The position numbers and the translations under genes are program-made. Shown piece by piece: positions 47,884 through 55,866 of a stretch of DNA of 64,000 nucleotides. The notes below the pieces were generated by a model, which worked only from the letters and a program-made list of their open reading frames with translations, made no database searches and had not been told where the DNA came from. How positions within the stretch are numbered: the stretch's first letter is position 1; every line of letters starts with the position of its first letter. Origin of the DNA: an uncultured Gammaproteobacteria bacterium (GTDB taxonomy: Bacteria; Patescibacteriota; Microgenomatia; Levybacterales; GWA1-39-11); NCBI GenBank assembly GCA_964452165.1, contig CAYVKP010000001.1, forward strand, positions 268,110 to 332,109, given 5' to 3'.

Positions 47884-48999
47884 TTGGCTTACATTTTTAT
47901 GGACGATAATAAAACAAAACTTTCGGATTTTAAAGATGATTCAAAAGCTGAAATTGCGAAAATAATCCGCGAGACAGAGGAAGAAGCAAGAGTAACTGCC
48001 GCACAGAAGGCACGCGAAATTCTTGCAGATGCTCTTGCACATGGTGCCTTGGATATAGTCCCCGAATTTACAGTTTCAGTAATAAAGATTCAAGATGAGG
48101 AAGTTAAAGGTAGAATTATTGGTAAAGAGGGACGTAATATTCGTGCTTTTGAAACGGCCACTGGTGTTGATGTGGGACTTGATGAGGAGGGACTGATTCG
48201 TTTGTCTTCTTTCGATTCTGTTCGCCGAGAAATAGCAAGACGCTCGCTTGAGTTATTAATAAAAGATACTCGTATACAGCCTATTAGAATAGAGGAGATA
48301 GTCGCACAACAAAAAAAAGAGGTCGCAGAAATATTACTTTCTGAAGGAAAAAAGATTGCTGAGGAGGTAGGGGTTCTTAACTTACATCCGGACCTTTTAA
48401 GTTATCTTGGAAGGTTTAAGTTTAGGAGTTCATTCGGACAAAATCTTGTAGTTCATTCTCTTGAGGTATCCAAAATAGCATCACATTTAGCAGCAGAAAT
48501 TGGTGCAAATGTTGAAGTAGCAAAAATAGGAGGACTTTTCCACGATATAGGGAAAGTTGTTTCTGACAAGGAAGGAAGTCACGTGCAGTTGGGCGTAGAT
48601 CTTTTGCAGAAATATAAAATGCCAAGAGAAGTTATTAATACAGTTGCTGAGCACCATGAAGATAAACCCTTTTCTTCAGTCGAGTCGGTATTGGTTTATG
48701 TAGCCGATGCATCTTCCGGAGGAAGACCCGGAGCAAGACATGAAGATGTTGAGGAGTACGTTAAGAGAATTCGGGACATGGAAGAAATTGCCAAAAAGTA
48801 TCAAGGAGTAACTGATGCCTATGCTTTTGAAGCAGGAAGAGAATTGCGAGTAGTAATTGATCCCGGAAAACTAGACGATATTGAAACTACAATTGCCGCT
48901 AAGAAAATCAAAGAGGAGATAGACAGTAAATTAATAGTTCCCGGCGTTGTTCGTGTAACGGCAATTCGAGAATTCAGGACGTCTGAACCGAAAGAATAA
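47884..48999 (+). CDS. rny: RNase Y-like protein (KH + HD domains) lacking the usual N-terminal transmembrane/coiled-coil region
   Basis: KH motif ..KGRIIGKEGRNIRAFE.. and HD motif ..HSLEV..GLFHDIGK. TTG at 47884 or ATG at 47899. A stop codon 12 nt upstream rules out a longer N-terminus. Confidence 0.8.
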   Translation: MAYIFMDDNKTKLSDFKDDSKAEIAKIIRETEEEARVTAAQKAREILADALAHGALDIVPEFTVSVIKIQDEEVKGRIIGKEGRNIRAFETATGVDVGLDEEGLIRLSSFDSVRREIARRSLELLIKDTRIQPIRIEEIVAQQKKEVAEILLSEGKKIAEEVGVLNLHPDLLSYLGRFKFRSSFGQNLVVHSLEVSKIASHLAAEIGANVEVAKIGGLFHDIGKVVSDKEGSHVQLGVDLLQKYKMPREVINTVAEHHEDKPFSSVESVLVYVADASSGGRPGARHEDVEEYVKRIRDMEEIAKKYQGVTDAYAFEAGRELRVVIDPGKLDDIETTIAAKKIKEEIDSKLIVPGVVRVTAIREFRTSEPKE

Positions 49000-49202
49000 T
49001 CGCTTTCGTGATATTAGTTCTACCGCTGTCTTCGTTTCGCTCGCAGCCGGTCTCCTTCGTTTCACTCAGTCTGACCCCAAAGAGTAAAAATCTATATTCC
49101 CCTGTTAAATCAATCTCTTGACAAACCTTAAATTAAGAGTTATTGTTATATCAATCTAAACATGTCTTCAACTATCTTCGAATTGAATGGAGGTGAGTTA
49201 AA

Positions 49203-49481
49203 TTGTCAGTAACAAAAAAAGAGCTTATCGAGCTCGTTGCCAAAAAAGCCAATCTCACCAACAAAGCCGCAAAAGAAGCAATTAAAGTCTTTCTCAATGG
49301 AATTAGGGATTCATTGAAACGTGAGGAGAAAGTTGTAATAACTGGGTTTGGAACGTTTTCTCTTAGAAGTAGGAAAACTAGGAAAGGAAGGAATCCAAAA
49401 ACAGGAGAGACTATTACGATTGCGGCGAGAAAAGCGCCCGGATTCACACCAGGAAAAAGTTTGAAAAAATCAGTAAGATAG
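49203..49481 (+). CDS. hup: DNA-binding protein HU
   Basis: ..ELIELVAKKANLT...FGTFSLRSRKTRKGRNPKTGETITI.ARK.P.F. TTG start, with GGAGGTGA 7 nt upstream. Confidence 0.9.
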   Translation: MSVTKKELIELVAKKANLTNKAAKEAIKVFLNGIRDSLKREEKVVITGFGTFSLRSRKTRKGRNPKTGETITIAARKAPGFTPGKSLKKSVR

Positions 49482-49515
49482 GATGTTCAGACTTAGCCTC
49501 AAGTTCCGCATTTTT

Positions 49516-49540
49516 GTGCGTAAAATACGCACACTCGTTT
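49516..49540 (+). terminator. hairpin after hup (GTGCGTA-AAA-TACGCAC) with a weak U-tract
   Basis: Perfect 7-bp stem at 49516-49532 followed by TCGTTTG. Confidence 0.4.
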
Positions 49541-49567
49541 GAGTTAGAACCCCCATTTTAGTATAAT
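49539..49567 (+). promoter_or_regulatory. rnpB promoter TTGAGT-17-TATAAT
   Basis: TTGAGT at 49539-49544, 17-nt spacer, TATAAT at 49562-49567. Predicted transcription start near 49573-49575. Confidence 0.5.
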
Positions 49568-49572
49568 ACACG

Positions 49573-49897
49573 AGCCAGGAAGAAGGATTGTCGGGACGTG
49601 TATTTGTTCGCAAATTACGTTCAGGAAAGTCCAGACAGGTGTAGTGCCGGGGACGGAGTGTAAGCTCCGGAATGAAAGTTCCAGTGTTTGAGTCCTTACT
49701 CTGCTAAAAGGGATTCGAAACAAATTCTGAATTGACAGAATTTGAGATCAACAGAGACGCGCAGAAGTGAAACGTGGAAATCCTACCCGCTGCAACCTAG
49801 GTATCGATACACTGCATTACAAAAACGTATCGAGGTTTATAGGGCAATAGATAGATGACAGTCGAGAAACAGAATCTGGCTTACTCTCTTCCTGGCA
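49573..49897 (+). ncRNA. rnpB: RNase P RNA (bacterial type A-like), ~325 nt
   Basis: P4 strands AGGAAAGTCCAGAC (49623-) and ACAGAATCTGGCTTA (49869-). Terminal P1 pairing GCCAGGAAGA (49574-) with TCTTCCTGGC (-49896). Non-coding. Consensus promoter immediately upstream. Confidence 0.75.
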
Positions 49898-49907
49898 CAA
49901 TTAATTT

Positions 49908-50195
49908 CTATTTCGAGTTCTTTCTGTATATCCAAATTTGATAAAGTATTATTCCCGTTGTGATTATTCCAACCCCTTGGCCGACTGCAACCACTAAGTC
50001 ATGAGTTAAGATTCCATGCAGAGTCCAAAGCGAATAGGCAATAAAAGATAGAAGGATAAACTTAGTTGATAACCCCTTTGTAGACTTTCTTTTTCGATTA
50101 CTAATTATTTGATCCGGAAATCCGACAATCTTTACGATAACTCCAAAAATGATAGTCAAAATTCCAACGATTACTACAAGATTTAAGGGGGGCAT
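49908..50195 (-). CDS. SemiSWEET / PQ-loop family small sugar transporter (3 transmembrane helices)
   Basis: 95 aa. ..GFPDQIISNRKRKSTKGLS..WTLHGILTHD..GIILYQ pattern resembles bacterial SemiSWEETs. Confidence 0.55.
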   Translation of the reverse strand: MPPLNLVVIVGILTIIFGVIVKIVGFPDQIISNRKRKSTKGLSTKFILLSFIAYSLWTLHGILTHDLVVAVGQGVGIITTGIILYQIWIYRKNSK

Positions 50196-50196
50196 T

Positions 50197-50676
50197 TTAT
50201 ATCAACTTAATTTCAGTTCGAGTATCTATGAATTCTCCATTTATTTCTCCGTTTCCGTTTACCCAGACTCGTTCGGGGACTGCCTTGTAGATTTGTCTTG
50301 GATTACCTTCCAAAAAATCATCGGCAGTTCGTAATTTACTAGATAGTTTATTTCTTCTCTTGGTAAGTAATTCGTATCCTTTATTAATTTCATTTTCTTC
50401 CCCGAGCTTACGTGCTTTCGCTTTAACATAAACTCCTTTGCCTGTTCCTTCCGCTACGGTTGAATCATAAATTACAATAAAAACGTTATTGTTCGTTTCG
50501 ATATTCTTCGAGTGTTGTGATTCCGTCCACGAATTCCAGTAGAAATTGTAGTTTTCGTCAAAGGCGGAAAAAACTGGCGAATTCCACGGCTCGCCATTTT
50601 TATTTACTGTCGCAATGGTTATATATAATATCTTAGAGATTATATCTTTAGCTTCATCTACCAAGTTCTTTTCCAT
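50197..50676 (-). CDS. pyridoxamine 5'-phosphate oxidase-like FMN-binding split-barrel protein
   Basis: ..ILYITIATVNKNGEPWNSPVFSAFDENYNFYWNSW.. matches the PNPOx-like fold pattern. Confidence 0.5.
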   Translation of the reverse strand: MEKNLVDEAKDIISKILYITIATVNKNGEPWNSPVFSAFDENYNFYWNSWTESQHSKNIETNNNVFIVIYDSTVAEGTGKGVYVKAKARKLGEENEINKGYELLTKRRNKLSSKLRTADDFLEGNPRQIYKAVPERVWVNGNGEINGEFIDTRTEIKLI

Positions 50677-50696
50677 AAGCCGATTATATCAACAAA

Positions 50697-53594
50697 TTAA
50701 CTTATGTTACAAAGCATTTTATATTCACAATTACGACACAAAATGCTATGTGAACACTTAAAATCACTGTGTTCGATTTGTTCAATTTTCTCAAGAATTA
50801 TTTTTTTTACTCTTTCAATTTCTTCTTCGTCCATCTGTTTTGTTTTTTTAACTCCTTCTTCAAGATACAGAAGAGAAACAGTTATGTCCTCAGGTTTTCT
50901 TTTCAAATTAGCGTCTTCCACTTCAGTCGCCGCTAAAGCATAAACACCAAGCTGGAGGTCATAGTTTGCTTGTGATTGTCCCTGCGAACTTCCGGTTTTG
51001 TAATCTATTATTTCAATACCATCACCGCTTTTATCTATGCGGTCTATTTTTCCGACAATTTTTACTGGCGGTTTACCATCTCTTTTAAGGAAGAAAGAGA
51101 AAGGCAATTCAAGCGACAGGGGAATATTTTTGGGGCTATGTATGTTCTTAAAATAATTGGTCAAAATTTTCTCGCCAAGCGTGAACATCTTTTTTTCATA
51201 AGTTTTTTCTTGATAGCCTTCAGACAACCAGTTTGCTGACAGCAACGATAAAAAGTCCTTTAGTGTCTGTTTCTTTCCACTCCTAATATTGTTATAGAAG
51301 TCATTCATGGTAGCGTGCATAGAGATTCCAAAGGAAAGAGGAGCAGTAGCCGGGGTTGGAAGCCTAAGTAAATGTCGGGCTTTAAAATGTAGTGGGCATA
51401 TGTCAAATGACTGGAGTTGTGAATAGGAGAGGGCTGTAATTTGAAAAGGACTTTTCTCTTCGACTTTCTCTTCGACTTCTTCGTAATCTTTTATGACATC
51501 CAAAAACGAAAGTTGTTTAACTTTTTTTTCAGTACTTACTTTTTCTTTTAGCTCGGGTATTGCTTCAAACACGAATGGTGAAATTTTCTTTTCTCGTTTT
51601 CCGTCTGCGTAAAATTTAGCCGCTGTAAAAATAAGTAAATCCTGTGCACGTGTCATTCCAACGTAAAACAATCTTCTTTCCTCTTGAATGTGATGGTCTC
51701 CTTCGGGTATAACTTCTTTTATTAACTTCTCATCAAGTGGAATTTTTTCCCGTCGCTCTCGGGTTGGAAAACGGTCATTTACCAAGTTAACCATAAACAC
51801 AACCGGGAATTCCAAACCCTTACTTGAGTGAATAGTCAAAATGTTAACTGCATTGTTTTCTTTGAAGTCTACATCAGATACTAAGGGGCTGTCACCCATT
51901 TCCATTTGTAAATCTAGCCAATCAACGACAGAATAAATATTGGCGTCTTGATTGATAGTTTCAAAAGTTTTGATCCGGTCAAAGAACTTGGCTATGTTAT
52001 TGGCTTGTTTTTCATCTTTTTCAGTTTTGGTGTCAAGGTATGAATTGAGTAGGCCCGTATCAAGGAAAAAATAGTAAAGAATTTGCCCGGGTGAATCCTT
52101 TTTCATTTTCTCAATGTGTCTTGTTATCATTTTCACTAATTTTTCTATTTTAGATTTTGTATCGCTAGACAAATAAGTTTCATTAATATTCTCGAGAGCT
52201 TCAAAAAGGGTGAAATTTCTTTTTTTGGCAAATGATATACAAAAATTTATGTCTCTCGCGGGGACGTCAAAAATATCCATACTCAAAATTCTGTAAAGAG
52301 AGACTGAATCCTCGAGATTATATAAAACCTTAAAATAAGCAATTAAATTTTTAATCTCTTCCTGTTGATATAAATATCCCGGACCTAAAAATTGGTAGGG
52401 AATTTTATTTCTCGAGAGCGCCGTTGTGATGGGTTGTGCGTGGTTGTTTGCTCTGACAAGAATCGCAAAATCTCCGTACTTATATTTATTGCTTTTCAAA
52501 ATGAGCTTAATTTTTTTAGCTATCTCTTCTGCTTCCTCGTCAACTCTGTCAGCGAATATAAGATCTACTGGCTTACCAGCGGTTTTTCTATCTGAGATGA
52601 GCTTTTTATTTATATTTTCCATAACTTCTAATCTGTTAGGGTTGTTATTTTGAATGAGAGCATAAGAACGGTCTAATATCTCCTGTGTAGATCTATAGTT
52701 GCGCACTAGAGTAATGATTTTAGACTTTGGAAAGTTATTCCTGAACTGTATAACGTTGGATAGTGCTGCTCCTCGCCATCTATAAATTGCTTGGTCATCA
52801 TCAGCAACAACCGTTATATTCTGTTTTGATCCTGCAAGTAAAATTGCCAATTCATTTTGGGCAAAATTTGTATCTTGGAATTCATCGACCAAAATATATT
52901 TGAATTTATTCTGAAGTCTTTTTAAAACATTTTTTCTTGTTCTTAGCAAAAATAAGGTTTGAGCGATAATATCTGAAAAATCTAGAGTTCCATCTTTTTG
53001 TTTAAGCCTAGAATAGGAAGCAAAAGTCTCTGCCAGTTCCAGAGTTTTTTTGTTCTCAAGTTTTTCCTCTATGCTAGCCGACTTTTTATTGTTTTGAGCT
53101 TTGGCAAATTTTAAATATTCGGATGGAGTTATATCCTCGTCCTGTAGTCGGGAAAAGTGGGTAAGAAGGGCTTCAAGAAACTTATTAGGGCTCCCGAGGG
53201 GTCTGAAGTATTCAAGATTCAGCTTAAATAAGTTGCGCCGTAGGAAGAGAATGCTTTCAGACTCGGTCATCAGTTTAAAACTTGGCACAAGTCCTATCGC
53301 CAAACCTTCTTGGCGAAGTAGGGTATCGCAAAACCCGTGAAAGGTTGAAATCCACATTTGGGTGTAGCCGTATGGCATCATTTTATCCACGCGATCCTCC
53401 ATCTCTTTCGCAGCCTTATCAGTGAAAGTCAACGCTAGAATTTCTTCAGGTTTGGCAAGACCCTCCTTTATTAAGTGATTTATTCTCTGAGTGATAACCG
53501 TGGTTTTGCCGGTTCCTGCCCCAGCAATTATTAAGAGCGGACCCACGGAATGCTCTATTGCTTTTTTTTGTTCGAGGTTTAAAACTTGGGCCAT
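50697..53594 (-). CDS. UvrD/PcrA-type SF1 DNA helicase fused to a C-terminal PD-(D/E)XK nuclease domain with a Cys4 (FeS-like) motif
   Basis: Walker A GAGTGKTT, ..DEFQDTN.., ..VGMTRA..; C-terminal ..DYKTGS.. and C-x5-C-x2-C-x5-C (FKCSHSILCRNCEYKMLC). Confidence 0.85.
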   Translation of the reverse strand: MAQVLNLEQKKAIEHSVGPLLIIAGAGTGKTTVITQRINHLIKEGLAKPEEILALTFTDKAAKEMEDRVDKMMPYGYTQMWISTFHGFCDTLLRQEGLAIGLVPSFKLMTESESILFLRRNLFKLNLEYFRPLGSPNKFLEALLTHFSRLQDEDITPSEYLKFAKAQNNKKSASIEEKLENKKTLELAETFASYSRLKQKDGTLDFSDIIAQTLFLLRTRKNVLKRLQNKFKYILVDEFQDTNFAQNELAILLAGSKQNITVVADDDQAIYRWRGAALSNVIQFRNNFPKSKIITLVRNYRSTQEILDRSYALIQNNNPNRLEVMENINKKLISDRKTAGKPVDLIFADRVDEEAEEIAKKIKLILKSNKYKYGDFAILVRANNHAQPITTALSRNKIPYQFLGPGYLYQQEEIKNLIAYFKVLYNLEDSVSLYRILSMDIFDVPARDINFCISFAKKRNFTLFEALENINETYLSSDTKSKIEKLVKMITRHIEKMKKDSPGQILYYFFLDTGLLNSYLDTKTEKDEKQANNIAKFFDRIKTFETINQDANIYSVVDWLDLQMEMGDSPLVSDVDFKENNAVNILTIHSSKGLEFPVVFMVNLVNDRFPTRERREKIPLDEKLIKEVIPEGDHHIQEERRLFYVGMTRAQDLLIFTAAKFYADGKREKKISPFVFEAIPELKEKVSTEKKVKQLSFLDVIKDYEEVEEKVEEKSPFQITALSYSQLQSFDICPLHFKARHLLRLPTPATAPLSFGISMHATMNDFYNNIRSGKKQTLKDFLSLLSANWLSEGYQEKTYEKKMFTLGEKILTNYFKNIHSPKNIPLSLELPFSFFLKRDGKPPVKIVGKIDRIDKSGDGIEIIDYKTGSSQGQSQANYDLQLGVYALAATEVEDANLKRKPEDITVSLLYLEEGVKKTKQMDEEEIERVKKIILEKIEQIEHSDFKCSHSILCRNCEYKMLCNIS

Positions 53595-53632
53595 TCTGGC
53601 GTCATTTTATCACAATCTGGAGTCGATAGAAG

Positions 53633-54040
53633 CTATTTAACAACAATGGTGCCCTTTTCAGACGGATTGAGGTGATTATGGTAAGTAAATGTTCCTGGAG
53701 TTTTGAAAACAGTCTGGACAGTATAGCTATTTGGGAATTGTCCAAGGTTTAGAAATGGATATAAATTGTGGGTTGGGTGCGGATCAGAGTTTACAGTAGC
53801 ATTTTTACCACTTTTGTTTATCCAGGCAACCGTGTCACCCTTATTGACATTTATTGTAGCCGGAGAAAAACCGCTGGCCGTCAAAGTTACTTCATGTATT
53901 GCCTGTGGGGGAGCAATAGTTTTTGGTTCACTATTAGATAATTTGCGTTGAGCTGGCTTGTTAGCGTTTCTGGTCAACAGGAAAAAACCACCGACTGCGA
54001 CTATTATTACAATAATAAGGATTACAACTTTATTATTCAT
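53633..54040 (-). CDS. secreted or anchored cupredoxin-fold-like protein (no Cys ligand, probably not copper-binding)
   Basis: N-terminal transmembrane or signal segment. ..VTLTASGFSPATINVNKGDTVAWINKSG.. and ..GTFTYHNHLNPSEKGTIVV resemble a cupredoxin-like beta sandwich. Confidence 0.35.
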   Translation of the reverse strand: MNNKVVILIIVIIVAVGGFFLLTRNANKPAQRKLSNSEPKTIAPPQAIHEVTLTASGFSPATINVNKGDTVAWINKSGKNATVNSDPHPTHNLYPFLNLGQFPNSYTVQTVFKTPGTFTYHNHLNPSEKGTIVVK

Positions 54041-54070
54041 GTCTACATTAAGTTATCATAACATTTCGGC

Positions 54071-54337
54071 GTGTGTCAACATTTTAAGTCTTGCAAATAT
54101 TTCGCTATGGATATATTATATTCAGAGTCTTTTAGTATGCACAAGTACAAGAATCTCACCTCGAAAATCATTCCCCTAAAACAAGATAGTAAACCCAGTA
54201 GTAAAACCGTAGATATGCTTAAGCGAGCGTGGAATCAATTGCCCTCGGACTTTACAATGGGAGAAAGATCACTTTTTATAGAGCTAGCGGAAAGAATTAT
54301 AAAAGTTTCGGATAGCCGCTCAGACGAAGTCAATTAG
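54071..54337 (+). CDS. hypothetical small protein (88 aa); weak call
   Basis: ORF in a convergent intergenic region. No recognisable features. Confidence 0.2.
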   Translation: MCQHFKSCKYFAMDILYSESFSMHKYKNLTSKIIPLKQDSKPSSKTVDMLKRAWNQLPSDFTMGERSLFIELAERIIKVSDSRSDEVN

Positions 54338-55314
54338 GCCTCAAGTAACTCTTTTTCTTCTTGCTCAAGTATTTTAGTATTTTTAATTTTATCTCCAAGT
54401 CTGCCGAATGATGTCTCAGATTGTTTCATCATGTTATAAGAATTGGTAATGTGCTTGTTCAAAGTGTCCAGATTTTCTCCAACTTTTGAATACTCTGTTT
54501 GGATTGCTCGGAGACTCGATAGTATTTTCTGCGCGTGTTGAGTAATTTTCTGTCCTTCAAAACCCATAAGGATTGCTCGAAGGTACGCATAAAAAGTCAT
54601 AGGCGAAACCGGTAAGACTCGCATTTTTTGTGAATAATCAAAAAGAGTAGAGCTATTTACAATTTCATAATATACGGATTCGGATGGTACGTACATTAAA
54701 GCGTAGTCAATCGTGCCTTCCGAGGGCAATATGTACTTTTTTGCAATGTCGTCAATATGTTTTTTTATGTCCGACAGAAATACTTTTTCCGCAGCTTTTT
54801 TCTCACTGTCCGTTCCGGCTTTACTCATTAGTCTGAAGTTTTCCATTGGGAATTTTGAATCAATTGGGATAATTCCGGCTTCTGTCTTTATCGCCGCATC
54901 AACAATCGATCCATTTTTAAAAGCGTACTGCATATTAAAAGATGCTTTTGGTAACATTTGGCCAAGTAGCTCTTTTAAGATATGCTCGCCCATATTCCCT
55001 CTCAGCTTTGGACTTTTTAGAAAGTCTTGAAGTTCACGCATGCTTCTCCCAATCTCAGACATTTCCCCAATATTTTTTTGTACGGCTGAAATTACGCGAG
55101 CCGCATTATCAAGCCGGTCATTTAAATGTTTGGAATTTTCAAGCAAAGTGGAATTCATCGTTTTGCTATTTTGATCGAACGAAGTCTGCATAGACTTCAT
55201 CCATTCAAGAAGTGAAGCATCCTGTTTTTGCTTAGAGCTTCTACTGATGAGGTAAATTACAATTCCAAAACCTATTATTAAAATTGAAGAAATTATGAGC
55301 AGATCAGAATTCAT
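54334..55314 (-). CDS. rmuC: DNA recombination protein RmuC
   Basis: N-terminal transmembrane helix, coiled-coil, and a C-terminal RmuC-like nuclease-fold region (..YALMYVPSESVYYE..). Confidence 0.8.
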   Translation of the reverse strand: MNSDLLIISSILIIGFGIVIYLISRSSKQKQDASLLEWMKSMQTSFDQNSKTMNSTLLENSKHLNDRLDNAARVISAVQKNIGEMSEIGRSMRELQDFLKSPKLRGNMGEHILKELLGQMLPKASFNMQYAFKNGSIVDAAIKTEAGIIPIDSKFPMENFRLMSKAGTDSEKKAAEKVFLSDIKKHIDDIAKKYILPSEGTIDYALMYVPSESVYYEIVNSSTLFDYSQKMRVLPVSPMTFYAYLRAILMGFEGQKITQHAQKILSSLRAIQTEYSKVGENLDTLNKHITNSYNMMKQSETSFGRLGDKIKNTKILEQEEKELLEA

Positions 55315-55340
55315 AGAGCTCCTATTTTACCACAAGCAGT

Positions 55341-55865
55341 CTACTTGTTTTGCTCGAGAGATTTATAGAGGACTATTGCCAAAGAAACCATAGTGTTTAA
55401 TGACACATTTACCCCATACATTGGGAGTTCGACAATACTATCACAGAGTTCGAGAACTTCTTTTGAAACTCCATGTGTTTCGTTTCCTATAATTAGTGCC
55501 ACCGGAAAGGAATAGTCAGCTTTTGTGTAATCAATGCTTTTTTCACTTTGTTCGATTGCAATAATTTTTATCTTGGGAACTTCAGATCGAAGATTCCTAA
55601 TAGCATCGGCCGTTTCTTGAAAATGTTGCCACTCTGTCAGTTGCCAAGTATTTATCGATGATTTTTTAATTCGAGTGTTAGGTGGAGTTTCCGTATATCC
55701 ACAAAGGAAAATTTTCTTGACAGCTGCAGCGTCCGCGAGTCTAAAAACTGCTCCCACGTTATATGTATCCAAAACGTTATCCAAGATAATGTATATATCG
55801 TGTTTCGAATGGTTTGTTTTGGGAGCTTGATCCATTCGTCTCAACTTGGAAGAATTTAATTTCAT
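55341..55865 (-). CDS. SpoU/TrmH-family RNA 2'-O-methyltransferase (SPOUT)
   Basis: ..YNVGAVFRLADAAAV..; ..ALIIGNETHGVS..; ..LPMYGVNVSLN...A. Confidence 0.8.
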   Translation of the reverse strand: MKLNSSKLRRMDQAPKTNHSKHDIYIILDNVLDTYNVGAVFRLADAAAVKKIFLCGYTETPPNTRIKKSSINTWQLTEWQHFQETADAIRNLRSEVPKIKIIAIEQSEKSIDYTKADYSFPVALIIGNETHGVSKEVLELCDSIVELPMYGVNVSLNTMVSLAIVLYKSLEQNK

Positions 55866-55866
55866 T

